In this document: piece after piece, positions 11,401-23,500 of the stretch
Numbering within the stretch: the first letter of the stretch is position 1
Layout of the letters: every line of letters begins with the position of its first letter
Origin: Gracilinanus agilis
Lineage: Eukaryota
NCBI RefSeq assembly: GCF_016433145.1
Contig: NC_058133.1
Coordinates: 461,318,368-461,382,367, forward strand
Reading direction: 5' to 3'
DNA: 64,000 nucleotides
The notes under the pieces: generated by a model
Seen by the model: only the letters and a program-made list of their open reading frames with translations
The model's database searches: none
Told to the model about the DNA's origin: nothing
Translations under genes and position numbers: made by a program

Positions 11401-13710
11401 TCTTTCATCCATCACATAGCTATCTGATTACAAACTCCTTAAGGGCCGAGAGCATGTCTTATTTATCTCTACATCCTCATCAGTTCATGGGAAAGTGCCC
11501 ATAGTGGGCAATTAAGATTTTTTTTTTTTCTGAATTGAATCGAAGGTGAATTGGAATGAAAAGTAGCGATAATTCCTGGTACTCTGCAGGTATACCATTC
11601 CCCCACCCCAGAGTTCCTGCTCATCAAAGGCTAACCCTGATGGAAGAAAAGATGCTGAGGGCAGAAGACTGGACTGTAAAGTCCTGCAGACATTCTGAAC
11701 AGGTTTAAGGAGTTCAGTGTCTTTAAAGAATTCAGTGGGATACATGCGAAGTGCCCACTCTTCGCCTGGTTGGGTCTCTGGAGGTAGGATGGCGTGGCGA
11801 AGAATGAAATGAAAATGAGCCAGAGTGCAAGTCAGATTACAGAGGCTATTCCTTCTCTCTCTTGTGCCATCTGCTGATTTTAATTTTTATACCCTCTTTT
11901 CTTTATGATCTCATACGGGGTTTTTTTTCTTCCCATACATTCAAAATCACATATTAACTTTTGAAACATCATAAGATTGACATTTATTAATTATCTTACT
12001 GTGGTTAAACAAAGAAGCAAGCTTGTCAAGAATTATTCATTACTGGGTGGCTTAGTTTGAACTTTTCAGCCATGCGTAAGGTACAAGTACATCAGTTCCT
12101 AGCTAAGCATAATATTTAATTTTCTTTTGACTAATTAAATCCTGTATATATTTACGTTATATTCATTTTCATCATAAATCAAGGAAATGGTTATGGTAGT
12201 TGATTACATCTAATAAGATACAATAATATCAGTCTGGTCCAATGTTTTGTTCCCATGGTGTTTTTTCTGTTATAGGATCACTAAGAATACAGTTCTGATA
12301 GGGTGATTCTGTGCTAATTTGTCATTGCCTTAATTTCCTTGTGTTTCACTGTTTCTATGGTCTGTAGGAGTTTGGGAACAAACTCAGGCCAGGTATTTTC
12401 TTGCTGGGAACTTTAGAAACTTGCATTAACTCACTAAACTGCTGGTTTTTTGCTAGGCTGATTCTAGAGGAAATTTCTATACTCTAGGGGGTTGTTCAGG
12501 GGTTTATTTTTGGATAGTGGGTAGTCTATGGCTGTGATTGTTCTTGCCATGAACCTGTATTGTTTTTCTGTGTCTCCTTTGAGCTGGATAAGGATATTGA
12601 TTGCAATAATTTCAATGCAAGTGAATGTCACTGTAAAAAGAATCACATGGGGTAAACTGAGTGTGGAATCTCCATCCTCCTGACAACCTGCCGTGCTGGA
12701 TTGTCAGAGCTTGTGAGTAGCTGTGCTAACCTCACAGCCTCGATGGCGTCTGGCAGATACAGAAAGTATCCTTTCTCCCTGTGTGGTAAGTTCTTGTCCC
12801 TACAGAGATACATGGTTTCTCTATAAACTCTTCTGTTTAAACAGTTCATCTGCTTATGTAGAAAAAAAAACAAACAAAAATGGAGAGATGTGTATACCTG
12901 GCAGTCAAATGGATATGTAGCCAAGAAAACTAGGAAGGGGAAACCTTGAGGATGCCAAAGATATAGGAGGAAGTTTTAAAAAGCCAGTCAGGAAGAAAAA
13001 GAGAAACAAATGGGTCCAAGGTCAGAGGAATGGGAAGAGAAAAAAAAAAAAGCAAGAATACAGACCATTCTCATGAAAAAAGCACAGAGCCAGCTTGGCA
13101 TGGGATGACAAGCAGCTTTGTCTCTTAGGGGAGATTTAGACTGGTGATGGTTGACCTTTGCTCATTAGGGAGTGCACCTGCCCAAGGTGATCCATGAAAG
13201 GCTCTACTGAAGTGTGTTGTGAAGGAGGCAATGTGACCTAGAGAAGGAAGCAGAAGGAGATGTAGATTTGAAGTCTAAAGGTCTGGGGTTTCATCTATGC
13301 TTAATTCCGGGAGACCTTAGTTTCCTTAACATATACAATGACTGTAAAGTCAGGTATCTAAAGAAGAGGTTCCTAATTTTATATCTATGAACATTTTTTT
13401 AATCCTTACCTTCTGTCTTAAAGTTAATTCTAAAACAGAAGAGTAGCAAGGGCTAGGCAATCTGGGTTTGTCTGAGGCCAGATTTGAACTCCAGGCACAT
13501 TTAAAGAAAAATGTTTCACTAAAGAAAATGTATTTTGATAACTGCATTTCCATAGAATTGGTTTCCCTTGGAATCTTATGGATGGGATTTTATGTATTTA
13601 AAAGCATTTCCCTGATATGGGAATTAATTCCATAGGCTTTACTAGACTGCCAAAAGGGTGAATGCTACAAAAATAGCTTAAGAACTTTTGCTAGAAGGGA
13701 TTTCATTTAT

Positions 13711-13909
13711 TTATTTTAAACCTTTACCTTCCGTCTTAGAGTAAATACTGTGTGTTGGCTCCAAGGCAGAGAGTAGTAAGGGCTAGGCAATGGGGGTTAA
13801 GTGACTTGCCCAGAGTCACACAGCTAGGAAGTGTCTGAAGCCAGATTTGAACCTAGGACCTCCCGTCTCTAGGCCTTACTCTCAATTCACTGAGTCACCG
13901 AGCTGCCCC
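13711..13909 (-). mobile_element. SINE1_Mdo-like SINE
   Basis: Full-length antisense copy with T-rich tail. Confidence 0.85.
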
Positions 13910-15574
13910 TAGAAGGGATTTTAGAAGGAAATCTGTTCCAAAATTCTCATTTTACATTGGAGGTAAACTGAGGTTTGGTGAGATTAAGTGAATTGCCCAG
14001 GATCATATAGATTTTATTATTATTATTATTTACAGCCTATACCTATTACAATATCAAGTAGGAGAACAGGTGATAGGAACATGTCACCATCTCCTTTGTT
14101 TATCTCACATTCCACTCCTACAACAGGAATAAATTTGGGTGTTCTCCAAGTCTTAGTCATGCTCAATCTGTTCTTCTGAATCTATATTCCCTCTTTGTCA
14201 TTGTCACCCACTTTCATGGCTTCAATTGTCACCTCTAAGCAGATGCTTCTCAAAGCTATGATTCAGTCTCGTCCTTTCTCTTGAGCATTACTCCCACATT
14301 TTGAACTTCCTTCTGGACTGCTCCCCTTGGATGTCTTGTAAACACCTCAATACCCACCATGTCTAAAACAAAACTCAGTAGCTTTCCCCTAAAACCAGTT
14401 GGCAAACCAGAAACCCTTACTTCTCTTAATTGTACCAAAGTTCTCCCAGGTACCTGGTTCAAAATTTGGCATTAACTTTAACTCCTCGCTTCTCTTCAGA
14501 CCAGTGAGTTGCCAAATTCTATTGAATTGTTCTATATTAATCTCCCTCCAATCCATCCCTTGCTTTTTGATCTAATTGCTTCCACCTAGTTCAGGCCCTC
14601 CTTATCTCTTGCTATATCAATAATATTCCTTTTTATAAAACTTTTATTGATATATTTTGATTTTCTATCAATCATTTTTTAAAACTCTTACCTTCTTTTT
14701 AAACCCTTATCTAGAAGAGCTAGGGAGTGTTTGAGGTCAGATTTGAACCCAAGTCTTCCCAACTCTAGGCCTGGTAGTCTATCCACTATACTACCTAACT
14801 GCTCCTGTATGAATCATTTCAAAATATACTCATTGGGCCTCCTCATACCTGCCCTTGTGAGCCTTGTCTAGTAGCAAAGAAAAAAACATTTAAATAAAAC
14901 CAAACATTACATCGACCATGTCTCATAACATATACCACATTCACAGAGTTTGACTTTGTTTATCTGAATTCTTTGTAGTCATTGCTTCTTTTTTCTTTAA
15001 TTTTCTTTTTCAAAACTTGACAACCATTCATCATCATGGCCATCTCCAGACATGAAGAAGAAAAGAGATCATACATGGAAACATCGATCTATGTAGTAAT
15101 GTCTTTTATCCCTTTATAGAAACAACTGATTAAAAAAACTCAACAATATAAGGCCAAGAAAGTACAGTGCTTTTTATTAAAATATTTACATGTACACACA
15201 CATGTACACATGCACACATACATATGTATCAGTGGCCCTTTTTTTCCATTTGAGTTTAACAGCCCTGCTATAGAGAATGGCCAGGGATCTAATGCTGTCT
15301 GGGAGAAGTCAAATTTCCACTCTTGCAAAATGGTTTAAATTCTGTGGGAGGAAGAGGTTTCACACAAAGGGAAATTTGTTAACAAAAGAAGTTAATTAAT
15401 GGAAGGCATAATGGAAGGAGAGGATAGAATAGGATAAGAACTCAAGGGATAGAGTTGTATATTATATACATGCACATATATAATATGTTAAATATATACC
15501 TCATATTGTATATTATATAAAAATAGATTTTCCATGTTATATTACTACTATCATATATATATCACTAACCATTT

Positions 15575-15609
15575 CTTTTACATATATATGTATATATATA
15601 TATGTACAC

Positions 15610-15647
<38 letters not shown>
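15575..15647. repeat. Compound (TA)n/(CA)n microsatellite
   Basis: Directly visible. Confidence 0.9.
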
Positions 15648-16730
15648 TTTTAACTGGATTTAAATGAATTAATGTTTCCTATACCTTCCCCTCCTTCTCT
15701 AACTTTTAAATTCACTGATACTATCTTGTTTTCCAGTCTATCACTGCCCATCAGCCCACTTCCTAGCTTCCCCCAACCAGAAGCTTTCTCTTATAACAAG
15801 TGCACATTAGCCATATCTGAGAATGCATTCTGGTTTTATTCAAATAGTCTATCATCTCTCTACCATAAAAGATGGAATGTATGTTTTGTCCTTCATCTGT
15901 GACGTTATTACTCCTTTAGCCAGAGTTCTGACGTCTTTCAGTGTTATCTCTTCTTCTATTATGGAAGTTTATGGTCAGTTTTCTCCTAGTTCTCCTCAAT
16001 TCACTCTGCATCAGTCCACATAAGTCTTTCGATATTTCTCTAAATTCATCATAGGCATTATTGCTTATGGCTAATAAAATTCAATTGTATTTACATGCCA
16101 TAATTTGTTCACCCATTCCTCAATCAGTGGACACCTCTTTTGTTTCTAGTTTTTGCCACAATAAAAACTTCTGTTATAAACATCATTGTTCATATAAATC
16201 AGTGGTTCCCAAACTTTTTTGGCCTACCGTCCCCTTTCCAGAAAAAATATTACTTAGCCCCCTGGAAATTAATTTTTAAAAATTTTAATAGCAATTAATA
16301 GGAAAGATAAATGTACCTGTGGCCATCACCACCTCCCTAGATTGCTGCAGACCCACCAGGGGGCGGTAGCGCCCACTTTGTGACTCACTGATATAAATCC
16401 TTTCCCTAACATACTTGGGATAAATGCCTGATAGTGGCATTAATGTATCAAAGGGTATATGCAGTTTAGGATCTTTTGGGAATATAGTTCCAAATTATTT
16501 TCCAGAATGGTTGAACCAGGTCAGAGCTCCATCAAAAATCCATTAATGTGTCTATAATCTCCCCAACAATTTGGTTTTCCTCTTGCCAATCTGCTGGATT
16601 TGGTGAGAACCTCAGAATCTTTTTTATTTGCTTTTTTCTAATTATTAGTGACTTGAAACACTTTAAATTTAGTTGTTAACAGTTTGTATTTCTTCCTTTG
16701 AAAACTGCTTATTTCTGTATTTAACAACTT
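15640..16730 (-). mobile_element. Old L1 3' fragment
   Basis: T-rich antisense L1-like text (CATAATTTGTTCACCCATTCCTCAATCAGTGGACAC, TCCAGAATGGTTG, ATTTCTTCCTTTGAAAACTGC), interrupted by the MITE at 16200. Confidence 0.65.
16200..16390 (+). mobile_element. hAT MITE family A, inserted in an old L1
   Basis: CAGTGGTTCCCAAAC...TTTGTGACTCACTG with perfect 8-bp TSD ATATAAAT (16192-16199, 16391-16398). Confidence 0.88.
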
Positions 16731-17323
16731 ACCTAGCAAAGATTGGCTTTTTGTTCTTATATATTTGTATTAATTCTTTATGTAATTTCAGTTTTATTTT
16801 TTCCTCAAAACATCCAGTGCTCTTGTATTTCTTCCCTTCTATGGTTCCTACTAGGGACTGGGAAATCTGGGAATGGAAGAAGAGGAGACAACAGTGTGTA
16901 AAGCAGTTGGGGGAGCTGGTTATAATTTTATTAGAGACTGAACAGTTGGGAGAGAGAAATGAGAAATGCAAGATGGAGGAGGGATTTCAAGACAGGATTC
17001 TTTAGGGAAGAAAGAATCCACAGAGCTTGGATGGGCCAGATGAAGAGTAGGGCAAATAAATTATGTGGATAAATGATGAAGGAACAGGACTGCCAATGCA
17101 ATCTTCCTGACACAGGTCTAAAGAATAGTCTTTTTGAGGACTTACCTATCATCTTACAGAAACATCTATCTGCAAAGGGTGTCCCTGAATACATGTCAGG
17201 GAGACTCAAGGCCTTGACTTCAGAGTAAGGTATGCAGGACTAGGGAGGAGGCCAGAGATTACAAGAGTATCTCAACCCTATAGGACTGTCCCTCCAAACC
17301 TTTATGACACATCGAGAAAAGAT

Positions 17324-17458
17324 ATTGCCCAACTCTAAGCCTGACTTCCAGAAAATTGCACAAGGTAAATGAAGTCAGGGAGGGGCAATGGGACTGTTGG
17401 GTGGATTATACTGCTTCCTTCCTGCCAGTCAGGCTTTTAAAGTACTGGAATATAAAAG
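17324..17458 (+). promoter_or_regulatory. CHI3L2 proximal promoter: TATA box plus C/EBP-like, STAT-like and ETS motifs
   Basis: TATAAAAG at 17451-17458, 61 nt upstream of the ATG; ATTGCCCAAC 17324-17333 and ATTGCACAAG 17355-17364 (C/EBP-like); TTCCAGAAA 17346-17354 (TT-N5-AA); CTTCCTTCCTG 17414-17424 (ETS core). TATA is well supported; the others are motif matches only. Confidence 0.55.
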
Positions 17459-17511
17459 GACCTAAGAATGTGAAGAAGACAGAGCAAGCTGGTGAACTGG
17501 GAGCTGCTGTC

Positions 17512-20500
17512 ATGGACCAGAAGTTGCTCTGGCGGGGTGAGTGGGGACCTAATAGATTTCATCAGGCAGAGAATTTGGGATGGGGTAGAAATCAGGTGGA
17601 GAAGAGAGAGGATGCTCTCTGGAAAGATTCAGAAATGAATATCATGTTCTGTTTCTGGAGTGACTAGTGGAATAAGAAACAAAAACGTCATTTCAGTTCA
17701 TCTAGTCCAGCCCCTTCATCTTTATAGATTAATAAAATGAAGCCCAGGGAGGTGGACTCTCTCCTGTTGTTCTTGGGGATAAAATGGAAAGATGTGGACT
17801 TCACTTTAGTCATTAAGTGGATTCAGAACCTGTTCAAAGGCTTGGCCCAAAGAGTCGTCATTAATGCTGTAATGTTGCAACTAAAATATACTCCATGTGT
17901 ATGTCCTTGGCCATGTGCTGATGAATATCAGGAACTTGAATAAGGATATAGAAGTCATGCTTATTAAATATGCACCTTGGATGGGGGGCCACATAATACA
18001 GGTTGTGAAAGAAGACTGATAATGAGGAATAGGACAAAGAGAACACAGAAAACCTTTGGTCTTAGTTTCCTCATCTTTAAAATGAGAGAATTGGCAAAAG
18101 TCCCATCCATTCCTAACATCCTATGGTTCTGTCCTGAGACTTAAGGAAAAAGATGCTGTGCTTTGAGTCTCTGCACTCCTCTCTTCTATCTTCATTGATA
18201 TTAAAGACTGGGAAGGCTGTTGAATGGAGTAAAGGAAATGAAAGGAAATGAAAGCCAGCTTGGCAGAGGTAGTACCACCTACCACTCCTTGTCTTCTACT
18301 CTCTTTCCCCTCACAATTTCTAATTTTGTAGCTATCTCACCCCCACCAAGGGGCCTAGTACTTCTATGGCCTTGAAAGCATCCACCCCAAGATCAATGGC
18401 AAAGCATAAGCTAGGGAGACAGCCTTTCTGGGAATGACCTCTGCCTTCCCCCTTATATCTCCTTGAGCTACTACTATATCATCTTTCTTCTCTGTTTTGC
18501 TTCTAAATTTCTTGAGATTCGTGTATGCATTCAATAAACTCTCACTCTTTCCTCATCTCTGCATAATCTAATTTACATTGCCACTGCTCTAGAAAAAACC
18601 CACTCTCTCAAAGATCACCAGTGATGTCCTAATTCTTAACCCTAATGGTCATCTTGCTTCAGCTTTTTTAAATTTTCGGTGGCCATTGACCATTCTCTTA
18701 TCAAGCTAGTCTCTTCTTCCTCAGCTGTAGAGACACCACACCCTCCTTATTTATCTCTTATCCCTCTAATCTCACCTCTATGTCCCTTGTCCTCTTTTCT
18801 TTCCTATATGGTAGATGCTTTCCTAGAGTTTGTTTCTAGTTTCTCTATACTCTCTGCCCTTCCCCGCAGTTTCAGATACAACCTCTATGATGCGATGTAA
18901 CAGGTATTTACTTAATAAATGTTTTTTTCCTCATTTTGCATAAAATACTTGGGCTATTCCAGCAAAGGGAAAGGAAACCAGACATTTCCCTGTGAGTGGG
19001 AGGGTTCCCATGGCTGGCTCCTTTCCCAGCCTTTCCCAGCATAGGAGAGATGAATGGTATCCATTGTCCAGACAATAAGTGATATTGGTTCCCTCTTCCC
19101 ACTCTTCTCCTAGTCGCAGAACTCAAGGAAGAAGCCCACTTTCCCAGAAATTAGAAAGAAAAATTTGTTACTTCCCTCTCCATGGCCTGCTTCCTTGTGC
19201 CATGTGCCAAGGGGTATCTTAGGCTAGACAATTCCTTCTCCCTCTCCACAACCAATCTGAACTCACTTGCAGAAGAGGAACTTCTGGATTCTGGAAGAGA
19301 CAATATGAGGTATTTTTGCCTCTGCTGGTCTATCAATCTTCAGGAAAAAGGAAGCAAGTAGAGATGATTTCATAATCCAGCTCCAAGCAGGAGATGCTCC
19401 ATTTGACCCTAGTGGGAAACTCACCCTTGGCTAGGACCTAATGAATGTTCCCAAGGCTTCGATGGCCAAAGATATTTGGGGACCTACAATCTGGTTATCC
19501 TTGCTGGAGTCAGACCTCCGAAGCACTGAGGCTGACTGAAGCCCAGTGTGCTAGGAACTATTGTCATAGCAGAGGGTCATCCCCTAGAAGGCAAGTTCAT
19601 TTCTGGACTTATAAACAATCTTGTTTTGGTCTTTGTTTCTACAGGTTTGGTGGCCTTGATGCTACTTCAAGGTGGTGAGTAGTGATTCTGTTACATTCTA
19701 GCTATAATTATTATCACATCTCCCCTTTTTTGACCTCTTGGGGCTCTCTCTACTTTTTTCTTTTTTTCTATGTTTTCCCTCGTGCACTTCACTCAGTGTA
19801 TCTGTATTTCTTAATTCGCGTCTATTTTTCTATTTGTTATTTTAAGCATTCTTGGAGCACAGGCACTGTGTGATGCATTGAGGTCTAGCTGTGTCCCTCT
19901 TTCTTTGTTTTGGTAAGCTTCTCTGTCTCCAGCTCTGCCATTATCCTGAGAAAGGAAGTCTGTTTGATGTAGCAGAGGCGAGACTCACTCCCAGGTCTTC
20001 CTGACTTTGAAGCTTGCTTTCTAGTCACTGTGGAACACTTATTCTCAACAATATGATGTAGCTGTAAAATATCTAATGGGATGTTAGACTGAATGAACAC
20101 AGTGTCCAGGATTAAGGTTGTTATAATCCTGCTATAACCTTCCTGTTGTTTAGTTGTTTTTAGTTATATCTGATTCTTTGTAATCTCTTTTGGGGGGTTT
20201 TCTTGGCAAAGATACTGGAGTGGTTTGCCATGTCCTTTTACAGCTCTTTTTATAGATGAGGAAACTGAGGCACACAGGGTTAAGTGATTTGCACAGGGTC
20301 ACATAGCTGAGGCTAGATTTGAATTCAGGTCTTCTTGATTCCAGGCCTGGCACTCTATCCACTGTGTCACTTAGCTGCCTCAGTCTTCCATGATCAGATC
20401 AAATCTGGAGTTTTGTGCTCCCTTGGTGCCACATTACTGGGGAAAGGAATAATTTAGACAAGATGGAGCCTCTTCAGAGAAGGGTGACGGATAATGTTGT

Positions 20501-23500
20501 GGGAGGGACTAGAAATCATGCCAATGGGGATATTTAGCCTTGAAAAGTGAAAACAAATGGGGCTGTGATAGCTGTCTTCAATTACTTGAAGGTCTAGCCA
20601 TTAGAAGAAATTTTGCACCTGCTCTGCTTGGACCCAAAGGGCAAAACTAGAAACAAGGTGGGAGAAGGGAAGAGTGAAAGGAAGGCAAATTTTGGCTTAA
20701 TGTTAACAAATACTTCCTAACAATAGGAGTTGTCCAAGAATGAACTGAGCTGACTTGGGAGGGAGGGAGTTGGTCATTACCGAAGTTCTCCCACCAGAGG
20801 CTGATTTATCACTTGAACAGGCTGTTATAGAGGAGATTCCTATTAAGGTATAGGTTGGACCAAATGACCTCTTGAGGTTCCTTTTAACTTGGAGATTTTG
20901 TCATTTGTCTAAGGAGGAATATGGCAGCTGACTATTTCCCATGATTGGTTCCATGGACCTTTTCCTTTCTTCTTTTCAGGCTCTGCCTACAAATTGGTTT
21001 GCTATTTCACCAACTGGGCTCAGTACAGAGCTGGGCTGGGATATTTTATTCCTGATACCATTGATCCAAACCTGTGTACCCACCTTATCTACTCCTTTGC
21101 GCAAATCAACAACAATAAGATCACTCCTCAGGAGTGGAACGATGCCACCCTGTATCACACCTTCAATGATCTCAAGAAGAGGTCAGTAGAATGAGGATGA
21201 GCATGAATGGCGTGGGCATGGGTATCTGAAGCCACTGGAATTGGTATTCCCATCTTGGGTTAATCTAGATCCTACCCTATTTGTCTGATACACCCAAACT
21301 CTGAGGAAGATGGGAAAGCCCTGATGTTGGGATCCCCATGTCATCCAGGGTTGAAGGTGGGGTACAGAAAGGAAAAGAAGAGAAGGGAGTGCATCTCTCT
21401 CATTCCTCTTGAATGGCCTGGTTACTAGAAAGTAGGACAAACCTCAGGCAAAATTGTGTAGTATATGAAATTGTCTCTACCTTCTGCTACTTTTCCTTTC
21501 CTCTTCCCCCTCAAATACCGTGTGAGTGCCCTTATACTGCCCCTAGATGCTCAAGACATCCCATAATTCTAGTTCTAGCCAAGGCTGCCCATTCAGCACT
21601 TCATATGCCTTCCCCCTATCTTTTCTCCATGAAAATCTGCTTATCCTTTGTCTCATGTAACAAATAAAAGATGAAATGACTGAGGAAATAAAAGTTTGAT
21701 CTTCTGAGCGTATTGATTTACTAAGCATTTCATGCCAATTGCCTAACAAATTGAGATCTAACCCCTTCTTTAATTTAAGACTGGGCTCTGAAATACAGGG
21801 AGAAATAGGCTTAAAAACCCACAACCTTCTGTCTTACAATTGATATTAAGTATTGGTTCCAAGGCAGAAGAGCAGTAAGGGCAAGGCAACTGGGGTTAAG
21901 TGACTTGCTCAGGGTCATACAGTTAAAAAGTGTCTGAGGTCTGATTTGGACCCAGGACCTCCCATCTTTAGGCCTGGCTTTCAATCCATGAGTTACCTCA
22001 CTGCTTCAGACTTTTATTTTTAAAAAACCAATCAATTAAGATCAATTAACTAAAAGGAAGTAAATAATGTAACATTATGTAATCTGACTTCTAATTGGAG
22101 GAAAGATTAGGGACTTTCCAAGTTGGGAGGAGGATAGTGAACAGGTTTAATTCCCTGAATTCAGAAAAAGAAGTGTCACACTCCTTCCCAAGTATCCATA
22201 AACAATGAAAAGAACATGGAAACAATAACTGATTGATCAGTATGGAGCCAATTATCAGCTAAGACATATGGGTTGCTTAGGATGTACAATTATGAGAAAA
22301 CTCCCTACATCAGTCTTAGGACCTGACTGAGTTTCTGGTCAACGTACCCTAGGTTCTTGGTTAAGGGTGTGTAAACAGCAGGTAGGAAGTGATCCAATCT
22401 CCCAGCCATGCAGGGAATGCAATACAATAATTTTTATTCCAGATCCCACAGTTGAAAAACATTTTCTCACAGGACAGAATTTGGATCAATCCCATAATTG
22501 AATAGAAAGGAACTAACCTAGCTCTAGAACTGAGTCACAAGAAGGAGTCAGTATGGTTCAATCAGTTCCCCAAATTAACCACTTCTTGTCCTAATCCCCT
22601 CAATTTTTTCATAATTCTCTCACACTCATTACCTCAGAACCATAGTTGGGTGTCTAATTCCTGCTAATAAGACAATGAATGATGTTGAGCTCATGTTTCT
22701 CTTCCTAAGCCATCATGAGACGAGAGATTACTGAAAAGACATGGCTAGTCTTGGAGAAATTTGTATCTCAAATGGATGTTATAGTTGTGAACTGAAGATA
22801 AATTAGTCTCAGCTCAGTATATCTGGCACACACCATCTCAGCAAGGAGTAACTTTAAATTCTAAAACTAAGCAAAGAGTTATTTGGTTGTTCAAAATGCA
22901 GAAAGATCTAATGGACCCTCTTTTAGGATTAGAAAACTGCATGTTAATGAGAATCTTCTAGAAATGCAATACCTGAATCCAAAGAAGTGTTTTTAAGGGC
23001 AGAGATTTGGAACACTAAGGCAAGATGGTTATGAATTTATTCTTGGTGCCTATCATTTAAATCCAATTTATGTGCAAGTCAAAACATCCCTGTGATATCA
23101 TTCATAAATCCTCTTTAACAATGAAGGATCAACAACAACAACCAAAGAAAATTCATGGGGTATTTTATTTCCCATTATTTAAAACCATGGAACCATGGAA
23201 TGCTAGAGTTAGAAGGAATTTTAGAGATAATTAGTCTAAATCCTTATTTTATAACATAGGAAACTGAGGCAAGGAGAGAGAATGTTATTTGTCCAGAGCA
23301 ACCTAGCTAGTAGTAGCTTGTAGGGCCGGTCCTAATGTCTCAGCTCCTTTCAGGTCTGATCCTTTCCATCCCTCCTATTGCCATACCCCCCATCACTTTG
23401 TTTTCCTTTGTTTTTCTACTGCTTCCTCTCTTGCCTCATCAAGGAAGCCTTATATCTGAACAAGACCATGAATACGTTCTGATCAGATGGCAGGTTGGGC

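Noticed and set aside
1-17000. Exons of the expected upstream neighbour DENND2D on the minus strand
   Set aside because: No recognisable DENN-domain or N-terminal peptide in any frame; the gene probably lies outside the window.
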